Assembly: GCA_045863335.1 (NCBI GenBank)
Contig: BTVY01000001.1
Location: forward strand, 232,671 to 296,670
Direction of reading: 5' to 3'
Source of the DNA: Candidatus Hydrogenedentota bacterium
GTDB lineage: Bacteria; Hydrogenedentota; Hydrogenedentia; Hydrogenedentales; SLHB01
DNA: 64,000 bases
The translations under genes were made by a program, and so were the position numbers. Shown here in pieces: positions 30,607 through 40,287 of this stretch. The number at the start of each line of letters is the position of its first letter. The first letter of the stretch is position 1. The notes beneath the pieces were generated by a model that saw nothing but the letters and a program-made list of their open reading frames with translations, ran no database searches and was not told where the DNA came from.

Positions 30607-31644
30607 ATGGCCGGCGATTCTCCGGTCGATCTTCGTAGCGACACCGTCACCCGCCCCACGCCCGGGATCCGCGAAGCCATGGCCAGGGCCGAGGTCGGCG
30701 ACGACGTTTTCGGCGAAGACCCGACGGTCAACGCGCTTCAGGAACGCGCCGCGGGAATCCTCGGGAAAGAGGCCGCGCTGTTTGTGCCTTCAGGAACGAT
30801 GGCCAACTTGCTGGCCGTCGTTTCGCAGACACAACCCGGCGACACCGTCATCCTTCATGCCGACTCCCATCCCTTTAACTACGAATCCGGCGGGCTCGGG
30901 AAAGTCGCAGGCGTAATGACCAAGACGCTGGGCGGCGCGCGAGGCATACTGGACCCGGATGAGGTCGCCTCGGCGGTTGTGCTGAGCGACGATCATCATT
31001 TCTCCCATACGACGCTCGTCAGCATCGAAAACACGACCAACCGCGGCGGCGGCGCATGGTATCCCCTGGAAATAATCGAGTCGATCGGACGCGTCGCCAC
31101 GAGCAACGGCATCCAGCTTCATTGCGATGGCGCGCGTTTGTTCAACGCAGTCGTGGCAACCGGCATACCCGCCCGCGATTACGTGGCCCCCTGCAACACG
31201 GTGAGCTGCTGTTTTTCAAAAGGCCTGGGCGCCCCCGTGGGCTCCGTGTTAGCCGGCAGCCGTGAAACGATTCGTCGCGCCCACCGCTATCGGAAGATGC
31301 TCGGCGGCGGGATGCGTCAGGCGGGCGTTATCGCGGCGGCAGCGCTATACGCGCTGGAACACCACATTGAGTGGCTTGCGGAAGATCATCGCCGGGCGCA
31401 AGGTTTTCGAGCCGCCCTGGAAGGCACACGCGGGTTTACCTTCCCCATGGACTCGCCCACCAACATCGTCTACCTCGACGTCCCCGACGCGTATGCGCTC
31501 ATCGGCGAAGTCGCGTCACGCGGCGTCTTCGCGCTCCCCGTAAGCCCGACCCGGATCCGCGCCGTATTCCATCTCGACATCGACGACCAGGGATTGGCGC
31601 GCGCCATTGACGCCTTCTCAGCCGCGGCCAAATCAGCCGGATAG
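30607..31644 (+). CDS. ltaE: Low-specificity L-threonine aldolase
   Basis: DLRSDTVTRPT, GDDVFGEDPT, SGTMAN, ENTTN, DGARLFNA, SKGLGAPVGS, GGGMRQAG. Confidence 0.93.
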   Translation: MAGDSPVDLRSDTVTRPTPGIREAMARAEVGDDVFGEDPTVNALQERAAGILGKEAALFVPSGTMANLLAVVSQTQPGDTVILHADSHPFNYESGGLGKVAGVMTKTLGGARGILDPDEVASAVVLSDDHHFSHTTLVSIENTTNRGGGAWYPLEIIESIGRVATSNGIQLHCDGARLFNAVVATGIPARDYVAPCNTVSCCFSKGLGAPVGSVLAGSRETIRRAHRYRKMLGGGMRQAGVIAAAALYALEHHIEWLAEDHRRAQGFRAALEGTRGFTFPMDSPTNIVYLDVPDAYALIGEVASRGVFALPVSPTRIRAVFHLDIDDQGLARAIDAFSAAAKSAG

Positions 31645-31736
31645 TGCTTCGCCCGCGAGCCCGCTACGAGCGACATGGACGCGTATTCTCTAGTCCATAT
31701 CGTCCATATAGACTCTCGGGTTTTACCAATACCCCC

Positions 31737-33362
31737 CTAACCGAAATCCGGCTCCCCCAACAACTCCCGGATCTTCGCAATCAGATCCGACGGCCGGTAC
31801 GGCTTCTGAATAAACCCTGAAAGACCCTTGCCGTTGAAGTGCCCTGTCGCATCCTGCTCGTTATACCCACTGGAAAGGATCACAGGAATGTCTTTCGAAA
31901 TCTGCCGGATTCTGCGATACGCCTCTTCGCCGCCCATTCGGGGCATGGTCACATCGAGCAGGACCAGACGCACCGCATCGCCGTGTTTCGCAAGGAGGTC
32001 CAGCGCTTCCTGTCCGTCGCGGGCCTCCAACACGTCGAAACCGGCGCGGCGCAACGCGGCGCGCGTCACGTTGCGTACCGATTCCTCATCATCCACGACC
32101 AGGATCGTGCCGCTCCCTCTCCAGACTGGCCCGCCGGCATCGGCGGACGCAACAAACTGATCCGCCGCATGAACGGGAAGCAGCACCTTGATAGTCGTGC
32201 CCCGGCCCGACTCCGTGTAAATCTTCACGGTCCCCCGGTGACCGCGAACAATCCCAAGCACCGCAGGCAGCCCAAGCCCCCTGCCGGTGAACTTCGTCGA
32301 ATAGAACGGCTCAAATACCCGGGCCTGTATGTCCTTGCTCATGCCGCAACCGTTGTCGCTGACTTCCAGGTAGGCATATCGACCCGGCGCCAGGTGCTCG
32401 TCGATATAGAGGTCTGTGAGGTAATCCTGATCGCAGTCCATTACTCCCGTGGAAACGCCGATGACCCCATTGCCCTCGCCAATAGCGTCCGACGCATTCG
32501 AAACGAGATTGATCAATACCTGATGCAATTGGTTCGCATCCGCCTGGATTCTGGGCATGTTCGTGGAGAGATCGTACTTGAGCGTAGCATTCTTAGATTT
32601 GGCCAACATGAGAAGATGGCCCATATCCTCCACCAAGCGGGAGAGATCCACCGACTGCACCACGAAATGACCATGGCCGGAATAGGCAAGCATCTGCTTG
32701 CAGAGATCGGCAGCCCGCTGCGCGGCGAACTCGACCTGACGAATGCTCTCCGATGCGGGAGATTCGGCAGGAATATCTGACAATGCCAGGCTGGCATATC
32801 CCAATACGCTCATCAGTAGATTGTTGAAATCATGAGCGATTCCGCCGGCGAGCACACCCAGGCTTTCCAACTTCTGCGCTTTGAGAATCTGCGCGTGGAT
32901 CCGCTCGCGCTCCGACTCCTGCTCTACTCGTTCCGTGATGTCTGCGGCAATGGACAGGACGCCGTCGGGCAGCGGATATGCGCGCGCTTCAAACCAACGC
33001 GAGGTTCCATCGGGAAACGCGAATGGCGCGCGAGCCACTGCGGGTTTGCCCGATTGAATCACGTCCCGGAAGGCACGGTAGAACTCCGTTTCGGCGAATG
33101 ACGGAAACACGTCAACCAGCTTCTTGCCGACGAGTTCGTTCGCAGGCAGACCGGCAAACTCGGTTGCCGCCTTATTCACGTATACGAAGCGAAGCTCGCG
33201 GTCATATATGAAGACGCCGTCGGGAATGAACGCAAGGATCTCGGAAAGGTAGTGCGGATCGACCGGAGATGTGGCCTTTTCAGTCCGGCCGGTGAACGCT
33301 TCCAGCTCGGCCCTGAGTCTCTCGTTTTCCCGTTCCAGTTCGCTACTTCCAGGATCATCCAT
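31737..33362 (-). CDS. PAS-domain hybrid histidine kinase/response regulator (CckA-like)
   Basis: PAS; GGIAHDFNNLL H-box; N, D/F and G boxes (NLVSNA, DNGCG, FEPFYSTK, GRGLGL); receiver with DD...D...K. Confidence 0.93.
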   Translation of the reverse strand: MDDPGSSELERENERLRAELEAFTGRTEKATSPVDPHYLSEILAFIPDGVFIYDRELRFVYVNKAATEFAGLPANELVGKKLVDVFPSFAETEFYRAFRDVIQSGKPAVARAPFAFPDGTSRWFEARAYPLPDGVLSIAADITERVEQESERERIHAQILKAQKLESLGVLAGGIAHDFNNLLMSVLGYASLALSDIPAESPASESIRQVEFAAQRAADLCKQMLAYSGHGHFVVQSVDLSRLVEDMGHLLMLAKSKNATLKYDLSTNMPRIQADANQLHQVLINLVSNASDAIGEGNGVIGVSTGVMDCDQDYLTDLYIDEHLAPGRYAYLEVSDNGCGMSKDIQARVFEPFYSTKFTGRGLGLPAVLGIVRGHRGTVKIYTESGRGTTIKVLLPVHAADQFVASADAGGPVWRGSGTILVVDDEESVRNVTRAALRRAGFDVLEARDGQEALDLLAKHGDAVRLVLLDVTMPRMGGEEAYRRIRQISKDIPVILSSGYNEQDATGHFNGKGLSGFIQKPYRPSDLIAKIRELLGEPDFG

Positions 33363-33751
33363 ATAAAACCTCGCAGGTCATTGAATAAATCGCCCGGCTT
33401 CGAACTCGGGCAAGCGCAGTCCCCTCCACGGCAACCACGGTTCCTGTCCATAGCCGTATCATCAGCACCAATTTAGTATCGATCATATTTCTCCATTTCC
33501 CCACTTTTCAAATCGGCCGCCACGCCGCTTGCTGCTTTCTCAACCCAGTCCACAGGGGAAGTCTGGCTGTGAAAGGGCTTAGGCAACCCCCAAAGCAGAC
33601 AATTCTAATTTGCTCTGACACCGATTGAACGCAATTTGAGTCTCTCGTACCAGCGATGCTACACTCTTTCCTTTCACGTCTCGCTCCGAATTCGGGGCGA
33701 TGTCATGGAATCGGCGCATCACCCCAAGAAACCCGTTGACGGAGGTTTACT

Positions 33752-34906
33752 ATGTCCATCGCACCCCATGGCGGTCAGCTTGTCGATCGCATCTTGACCG
33801 GTTCGGCCCTGGAGGCCGCCAAAACGAAAGCAGCCGGGCTGCCTCGCATCAAGGTAGATGCCTACGCGGCGTTCGATATCGACTGCATCGGCAAAGGGAT
33901 CTTTAGCCCGCTCACCGGGTTTATGAACGAGGCCGAGACCCGGAGTGTTCTGGATTCCATGCACCTGCGCCCCGGCATTCCATGGACGATTCCCATTCTG
34001 CTTTCCGTTTCCACCGAGGAAGGCGCCAAGCTTGAATTGGACAGCGAGATCGCCATCGAAGACGACACCGGCGACATCGCAGCAATTCTCCATTTGAAAG
34101 AGAAGTTCTCCATCGATCATCGCGAAGTCGCCGAGAAGGTCTATCGCACCACCGATGAGTCGCACCCGGGCGTTGCCTACACGCTGGGTCTTGGCGATGT
34201 CTTTCTCGCGGGCGACTTGGACGTGTTGAAGGCGCGCGAGATCGAGTTCCAGGAATACGCCCTCACGCCGAAGGAAACACGCGCCAAGTTCGAGCACCAC
34301 GGATGGAAACGCATCGTCGCCTTCCAGACGCGCAACCCCATCCACCGCGCCCACGAATACCTCACCAAGTGCGCGCTGGAAATCTGCGACGGGCTGCTCA
34401 TCCATCCCCTCATGGGAACGACCAAAAGCGACGACATTCCGGGTTCGGTACGGATGGAGTGCTACCAGGCCATCATCGAACACTACTACCCAAAGAACCA
34501 CACCATGCTTTCCCTCATGCCCGTAAACATGCGTTACGCGGGACCGAAGGAAGCCATCATGCATGCCATCATCCGTAAGAACTACGGTTGCACCCACTTC
34601 ATCGTCGGCCGCGATCACGCAGGCGTAGGCAACTTTTACGGCACCTACGATGCCCATCAGATCTTCAGCGAGTTCGATCCGGCGGAATTGGGTATTACGC
34701 CGCTTTTCTTCGATCACTCGTTCTTCTGCAAGACCTGCGGCAACATGGCCAGCATCAAGTCCTGCCCGCACGACAAAGAGCACCATGTGTTCCTGAGCGG
34801 CACGAAGGTGCGCGAGATGTTGAAGGCGGGCGAGATTCCCCCGGTCGAGTTCAGCCGACCGGAAGTCGCCAAAGTATTGATTAAATGGGCGCAAGGAGCT
34901 GACTAA
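33752..34906 (+). CDS. sat: Sulfate adenylyltransferase (ATP sulfurylase, Sat type)
   Basis: FSPLTGFM, FQTRNPIHRAHE, MRYAGPKEA, HFIVGRDHAGVG, SGTKVR. Confidence 0.96.
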   Translation: MSIAPHGGQLVDRILTGSALEAAKTKAAGLPRIKVDAYAAFDIDCIGKGIFSPLTGFMNEAETRSVLDSMHLRPGIPWTIPILLSVSTEEGAKLELDSEIAIEDDTGDIAAILHLKEKFSIDHREVAEKVYRTTDESHPGVAYTLGLGDVFLAGDLDVLKAREIEFQEYALTPKETRAKFEHHGWKRIVAFQTRNPIHRAHEYLTKCALEICDGLLIHPLMGTTKSDDIPGSVRMECYQAIIEHYYPKNHTMLSLMPVNMRYAGPKEAIMHAIIRKNYGCTHFIVGRDHAGVGNFYGTYDAHQIFSEFDPAELGITPLFFDHSFFCKTCGNMASIKSCPHDKEHHVFLSGTKVREMLKAGEIPPVEFSRPEVAKVLIKWAQGAD

Positions 34907-36304
34907 ATGCCCGATGGACGCGTACAACGTGTCCTGGTGATCGGACTCGATTGCGCGGAACCCCGTTTTATCTTTGGGGACGACCGCTTTGACCTCCCGA
35001 ATATTCAGGCCCTGGCAGCCAATGGCTGCTGGGGCCTTCTTCGTAGCACCGACCCGCCCATCACGGTTCCGGCCTGGGCCTCCATGCTTTCGAGCAAAGA
35101 CCCGGGAACCCTCGGCTGCTACGGATTTCGCAACCGGCGCGACCATAGCTACGCGGAATTATCGACCGCCGACGCGACGGCAATACGGGAACCACGGATA
35201 TGGGATATTCTCTCGCAGCACGGCTTGCGCTCCGTCGTCGTCGGCGTGCCTCAGACCTACCCGCCCAGACCGCTGCTCGGCTCCCTCGTTTCCGGATTTC
35301 TGACGCCCAACGCGGACGCGGCCTTTACCTATCCGCGATCGCTGAAACACGAGCTAACCCGGGCGGTGGGCGAGTTTCTATTTGACGTGCGCGATTTCCG
35401 CACCGAGGACAAGCCGCAGTTGCTCGAACGGATCCACGCGCTCATGGAGAACCGCTTCGCGGCCGCCCGGTATCTCATGGCGGAGAAGCCCTGGGACTTC
35501 TTCATGGTCGTCGATATGGGAATGGATCGCCTCCATCACGGCTTCTGGCGTTTCTGCGACCCTGACCATCCCCGCCATGCGCCTGGCAACGCCTACGAGC
35601 ACGCGTTCCGCGACTACTACCTAGCCGTAGACCGGCGTGTCGGCGAACTCATTGCACTGGCCGGAGAAGACACCGCCGTCCTGGTCGTATCTGACCACGG
35701 CGCGAAAGCCATGGTTGGCGGCCTGTGCATCAACCAATGGTTGATCGACGAAGGCGACCTCTGCCTAAAGGTTCCACCGCCCGAACCACAACCGCTTGAA
35801 CATCGGAATATCGACTGGACCCGAACCCGCGCATGGAGCACTGGAGGCTACTACGCGCGAATCTTTTTGAATGTTCAGGGACGTGAACCGTCCGGTGTAA
35901 TCGAGGCATCCGAGTATGAGAACTATCGTCGCGATCTGGCGGACCGGATCGAGCGCATACCGGGTCCGGACGGAAGCGCGCTCGGCAACCGAGTGCTTCT
36001 TCCAGAGTCGAGCTATCGCCGAATCAACGGCGTCGCGCCGGACTTGCTGGTCTACTGTGGCGATCTGGCTTGGAGGGCCGTGGGCCTGGTAGGCACCGAC
36101 CGCTTGTTCACGGAAAACAACGATACCGGCCCCGATGATGCAAACCACGCAATGGACGGCATCTTCGTGATGGCCGGCGGGGGCGAGCCAGGAGGCAAAC
36201 GATTGCGAGGAATAAGCGTAATGGACGTCGCGCCTACGATCCTTCAACTACTTGGCGTACCGGTCCCACACGATTTTCAAGGCAAGGCCGTGCAATCTGA
36301 GTAA
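34907..36304 (+). CDS. Alkaline phosphatase superfamily (type I phosphodiesterase) protein of the class found next to sat/cysC
   Basis: IGLDCA, PPITVPAW, DRLHH, SDHG, DDANH; directly abuts the sat stop codon. Confidence 0.85.
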   Translation: MPDGRVQRVLVIGLDCAEPRFIFGDDRFDLPNIQALAANGCWGLLRSTDPPITVPAWASMLSSKDPGTLGCYGFRNRRDHSYAELSTADATAIREPRIWDILSQHGLRSVVVGVPQTYPPRPLLGSLVSGFLTPNADAAFTYPRSLKHELTRAVGEFLFDVRDFRTEDKPQLLERIHALMENRFAAARYLMAEKPWDFFMVVDMGMDRLHHGFWRFCDPDHPRHAPGNAYEHAFRDYYLAVDRRVGELIALAGEDTAVLVVSDHGAKAMVGGLCINQWLIDEGDLCLKVPPPEPQPLEHRNIDWTRTRAWSTGGYYARIFLNVQGREPSGVIEASEYENYRRDLADRIERIPGPDGSALGNRVLLPESSYRRINGVAPDLLVYCGDLAWRAVGLVGTDRLFTENNDTGPDDANHAMDGIFVMAGGGEPGGKRLRGISVMDVAPTILQLLGVPVPHDFQGKAVQSE

Positions 36305-36445
36305 TGTATCGTTCAAAAAGTTTGCACTATAGCACCCGGGATTTTGGTAGAATGCGTCCCAGTGTCAAAAGGAACGACCCGCGAACCGGCGGCGCTGCAT
36401 GAATCTTGAGTGGCGATCCGATGGCTTCGCATTGGAGATAGCGGA

Positions 36446-36826
36446 ATGGCGGAAGGGATGACCTTGTGTCTATACGGTAAACATGCGGACGCCGCGGCGG
36501 CCGCGGTCAAAGATCGGCTTGCGTCCTATGGGCGCCGCGCCGAAATCGTGGATGCGCAACTCGCCGGCCGGATCGGTTCACCGGAATCCCGGACCGCGGC
36601 CTGCGAAGTCCTGATGCGCAACGGCGTCGTCGTTCTGGTTACGACGGAGACCGTGCATCCTCCCGAGAACGGCGTCCGCGCGCACCGTATCGATGTGGAT
36701 GACTCGTGGTCGATGGCTGTGGAGCACGCCTTTGAAATCGCCATGCATCGCATCGGCTCTCTCCAGTCCCGCGTTCAGGCGTGTGTGGCCTCTGAACCGA
36801 TGAACCGCGTCGGCAACGCGACCTGA
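36446..36826 (+). CDS. Short, degenerate adenylyl-sulfate kinase (CysC)-like protein lacking the P-loop
   Basis: GMTLCLYG...RL..YGRRAEIVD...LMRNGVVVLV follows the CysC backbone, but GxxGxGKT is absent; lies in the sat cluster. Confidence 0.5.
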   Translation: MAEGMTLCLYGKHADAAAAAVKDRLASYGRRAEIVDAQLAGRIGSPESRTAACEVLMRNGVVVLVTTETVHPPENGVRAHRIDVDDSWSMAVEHAFEIAMHRIGSLQSRVQACVASEPMNRVGNAT

Positions 36827-36857
36827 ACCCGGCCTCGACCATCCACAAAGGTGCTCT

Positions 36858-37913
36858 ATGCGCATCGGCGTCAATATTACAACTCTGGAACCCGGTTACG
36901 ATGAAGAGGACGTGTACCTTCGCAACGTCCTGGTGAAAATGCGCGAGATCCAACCGGATTCCCATTTCGTACTCCTCACCGACTCGAACAATCACAATTC
37001 GTACCCGGGATGGGACCGCGTCTTCGTGGGCAAGCTCGGTGCTGGGGGGAATGACGAGTCGCCCGTCGAGAAGAGCGTCGATCGGGCGGCCAAACGCGCG
37101 CAGGTGGACCTCGTGTATACGCCCCTCCAAACGGCGGGAGCGGTAACCGTCGTTCCCGTCGTGCCCTATGCACTCGATTTGAGTTTCCTCGAACAGGCCG
37201 AAAAATCGGCGGGGTGGCGAACTCCCGCGCTCGTGCGCGACATGAAGAAGATCGCGAGCCGGGCGCAGGTTTTCGTGGCGCCATCCGAAAGTCTGCGAAA
37301 ACAGTTGCTCAGCCTGCTGGGCGTGCCGATGGACCGGGTTGTCGTCGCGCCACCGGGTGCCGATCCCGGCCTCGATATCACGCACGATACGATCGCTGAG
37401 AAACCCTACTTGATCACGTCCGGCGACACGCGTCATCGCGGCCATCTTCAGTTTCTCCTCGAGGCCTTTGAGCGGTTGAAGGATGAGATCCCCCATAACC
37501 TCGTCGTGCTCGGACGGCCCGACCACACGGAGCCGGAAGACTGGGGCTCGCGCGTGCTGCGCATCCATCGATGCCCGGTGCCGCAAACCGCCGGTCTCAT
37601 GCAACACAGCGACGCCTTCATCTGCACGTCCCTCCATGAAGGCGCGTGCATCACCATTCTGGAAGCCATGCGCGGCGGTGCGCGAGTGATCACACCTCGC
37701 GTTGGCGGGATACCGGAGATAGCGGGTAACTTCCCCGTCTACTACAACCACGAGAACCCCGCGTCGCTGATCGGCGCCATCCGGCGCGTCTTGCAGGAAT
37801 CACCGGACGAACGGGCGCAGCAAGTGGCCTTCTCGCGACGGCGCGCCATGGAGTACACCTGGGAAAACTGCGCCTGGCGAACCCTCAGCGCCTTCAAACG
37901 CGTCGGCGCCTGA
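36858..37913 (+). CDS. Glycosyltransferase family 4 (GT-B)
   Basis: MRIGVN start; TSLHEGACITILEAM (EX7E); GGIPEIAG; YTWENCA.RT. Confidence 0.85.
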   Translation: MRIGVNITTLEPGYDEEDVYLRNVLVKMREIQPDSHFVLLTDSNNHNSYPGWDRVFVGKLGAGGNDESPVEKSVDRAAKRAQVDLVYTPLQTAGAVTVVPVVPYALDLSFLEQAEKSAGWRTPALVRDMKKIASRAQVFVAPSESLRKQLLSLLGVPMDRVVVAPPGADPGLDITHDTIAEKPYLITSGDTRHRGHLQFLLEAFERLKDEIPHNLVVLGRPDHTEPEDWGSRVLRIHRCPVPQTAGLMQHSDAFICTSLHEGACITILEAMRGGARVITPRVGGIPEIAGNFPVYYNHENPASLIGAIRRVLQESPDERAQQVAFSRRRAMEYTWENCAWRTLSAFKRVGA

Positions 37914-38013
37914 GGCAACGACGGGAACAGCTTTCCCCGATACACCCAAGTGTTCTCCTACCCCCGCTGCCCCGGCGTCCCTTGCGTCCCTGCTATGCAA
38001 CACGCGCTTACTG

Positions 38014-38047
38014 CAAATCCGCAATCCGCAGTCCGAAATCCGCAATC
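38014..38047 (+). repeat. Heptamer repeat (AATCCGC)n family
   Basis: caaatccgcaatccgcagtccgaaatccgcaatc; 31/33 identical to 62800-62832. Confidence 0.8.
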
Positions 38048-38134
38048 GATTCCTCCCGCCCATTCGCCCAAAATAAATGGCGAACGAACCCAAAATTCAC
38101 TACACTAAGAGACGACCAATCGGAGGAGAAGATC

Positions 38135-39328
38135 ATGACCGAGGTAGAACTGTTCCGAATCCGCGTCGCGCTCGTTCAAGCGTTCCTGCGCGAGCACCAC
38201 TACGACGGCATCTTGTTGTCCCGCGTCGACAACTTCGCAATGGCCACCGGGGGCAAGCGGAACTACGTCAATTTCGCTTCCGACATGGGTGCCAACTCCC
38301 TCTTCATCACCAAGGACGGCGCGGTCTACTTCGTGGGGAACACCATCGAGGAACCCCGCGTCATGGCCGAGGAGTTGCAGGCGCTCGGTTGCGAGTCCAA
38401 GAGCTTCTTGTGGTTCGATGATGAACCGGCGAACGTCGTGAAGAATACGTTCTCCGGCACACTGGTTTCGGATGACGGGAGCCTGGGCGCAAACGTCAAT
38501 GAAGATTTGGCGTATTTGCGCGCGCTCCTCTCGCCCGGTGAATTGGACAAGTACCGCAAGCTCGGCGCCCTCGCCGCGGAATCCATGATGGCCACACTGG
38601 ATGCGATCAAGCCTGGCATGGCCGAGGCGGATATCGCCGCCGCGCTCATCGCGGAGGGCGCCAAACGCCGTTGCATGGTCCCGGTCGCGCTCATTGCCGC
38701 AGACGATCGCATCGCCCAGTTCCGGCATCCCTTGCCGACGGCCTGCCCGCTCACCCAAGGGTCCCTGAAAGAGAAGACGGTCAAGCGCTACGTCATGGTG
38801 GTTGGATGCTTCTTCCGGGAGGGTTTGGTAGCGTCTATCACGCGATTCAAACAAGTGGGCGACGTTCCCGCGAACATCCATGACGCGTATAACCGCATCT
38901 GCGGCGTCGACGCGATCATGCAGGAAGAGTCCGTGCCCGGCAAGACCTTGGGCGACGTGTTTGCCGCCTGCCAGAGCGCCTACAAAACACTCGGTTTCCC
39001 CGAGAACGAATGGCACAACCACCATCAGGGCGGCACGACGGGGTATTCCGCGCGGACGGCTAAAGGCGCTCCCGGCGAGGCGTTTCGGATTGCCGATGAG
39101 ACTTGGTCGAAACGCGTCAAAGACATCGCCGGGATCGACATCTCCTTCGGCCATGCCTTCGCGTGGAACCCTTCAGGCGTTGGCGTCAAATCGGAAGACA
39201 CCTTCATTCTTACCGCAGATGGCGCTACCGAAATCGTAACCGCTACGCCAGACCTCCCCGCCGTCGATCTGGAATCAGTCCTCGGCCGCGCCACGAAGGT
39301 CCTTAAGTCGGGAATGGCGAAAGTATGA
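38135..39328 (+). CDS. M24 (Xaa-Pro aminopeptidase/creatinase) family protein
   Basis: RHPLPT, ASITR, EWHNHHQGG, AWNPS..GVKSEDT. Confidence 0.8.
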   Translation: MTEVELFRIRVALVQAFLREHHYDGILLSRVDNFAMATGGKRNYVNFASDMGANSLFITKDGAVYFVGNTIEEPRVMAEELQALGCESKSFLWFDDEPANVVKNTFSGTLVSDDGSLGANVNEDLAYLRALLSPGELDKYRKLGALAAESMMATLDAIKPGMAEADIAAALIAEGAKRRCMVPVALIAADDRIAQFRHPLPTACPLTQGSLKEKTVKRYVMVVGCFFREGLVASITRFKQVGDVPANIHDAYNRICGVDAIMQEESVPGKTLGDVFAACQSAYKTLGFPENEWHNHHQGGTTGYSARTAKGAPGEAFRIADETWSKRVKDIAGIDISFGHAFAWNPSGVGVKSEDTFILTADGATEIVTATPDLPAVDLESVLGRATKVLKSGMAKV

Positions 39329-40287
39329 GCGACTGGGTGCTCGGTCTCGAAATTGGCGGGACCAAGCTACAAGCGGCCCTGGGATCGCGCGATGGCATCA
39401 TCGCACACCAGCAACGTGGCGCCGCCGATAGCTCCGCGGGCGCCGAGTCCATTCTCTCGTGGTTTGACCATTCGATCCCGTCGTTATTGGAGCAAGCCGC
39501 GAATGAAGGCGCGCATGTGACGGCAATCGGCGTCGGGTTCGGCGGACCGGTGGACAGCGCGGCCGGCACGGCGTTGGTCTCGCACCAGGTCGGAGGCTGG
39601 TCGGGTTTCCCCTTGAAGCGCTGGTTCGAGGAACGATTCGATTTGCCAGCCGCCATCGCAAACGACGCCAACGCGGCCGGCTGGGCGGAATACTGCTGCG
39701 GAGCCGGCAAGGGCACGCGCACGTTTTGCTACATGAACATCGGCAGCGGCATCGGGGGCGCATTCGTCATAAGCGGGCAACTTCACGACGGCCAGGGGTT
39801 CGGCGCCGCCGAGATCGGGCATACCTATGTGCCGGACTTCACATCACCGGCTCCCGGCGCGGCGGACAAGCTGGAGCATCTGTGCTCCGGTTGGTCCATC
39901 GAAAAACGGGTGCGCATGGTCGCGTCGCTGGAACCAAGTTCGCCGCTGGCCATGCACTGCAACAACAATCCCAACACGATAACCTGCGCCATGCTGGCGA
40001 ACGCCGCGCGGGAAGGCGACCCTGTCGCACTCCAGGAGATCGAGCAGGTTGCGGCTACGCTCGGCCTCGCACTCTCCAACGTCATCACGCTGATCCACCC
40101 TGAATGCGTCGCGTTGGGCGGCGGCGTAAGCTTGATGGGCGATGTCCTTCTGGATCCCATTCGCAAGCATGTGGACGCGCGGGTATTCGGCCCTTACCGC
40201 GACCGCTACCGAATCGTTCCTTGCGCGCTTGGGGAGGATGTGGTACTGGTGGGCGGACTACTCCTCGCGCCGCCTACTTCTCAATAA
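39325..40287 (+). CDS. ROK family sugar kinase
   Basis: GLEIGGTK, GVGFGGPVD, NDANAAG.AE, GSGIGG, EIGH, LE.LCSG. Confidence 0.9.
   Translation: MSDWVLGLEIGGTKLQAALGSRDGIIAHQQRGAADSSAGAESILSWFDHSIPSLLEQAANEGAHVTAIGVGFGGPVDSAAGTALVSHQVGGWSGFPLKRWFEERFDLPAAIANDANAAGWAEYCCGAGKGTRTFCYMNIGSGIGGAFVISGQLHDGQGFGAAEIGHTYVPDFTSPAPGAADKLEHLCSGWSIEKRVRMVASLEPSSPLAMHCNNNPNTITCAMLANAAREGDPVALQEIEQVAATLGLALSNVITLIHPECVALGGGVSLMGDVLLDPIRKHVDARVFGPYRDRYRIVPCALGEDVVLVGGLLLAPPTSQ

Noticed and set aside
33363-33751. SAM or other riboswitch upstream of sat
   Set aside because: No SAM-I/II core motifs were recognisable. The gap is adequately explained by divergent promoters (TTGAGT...TGCTACACT).
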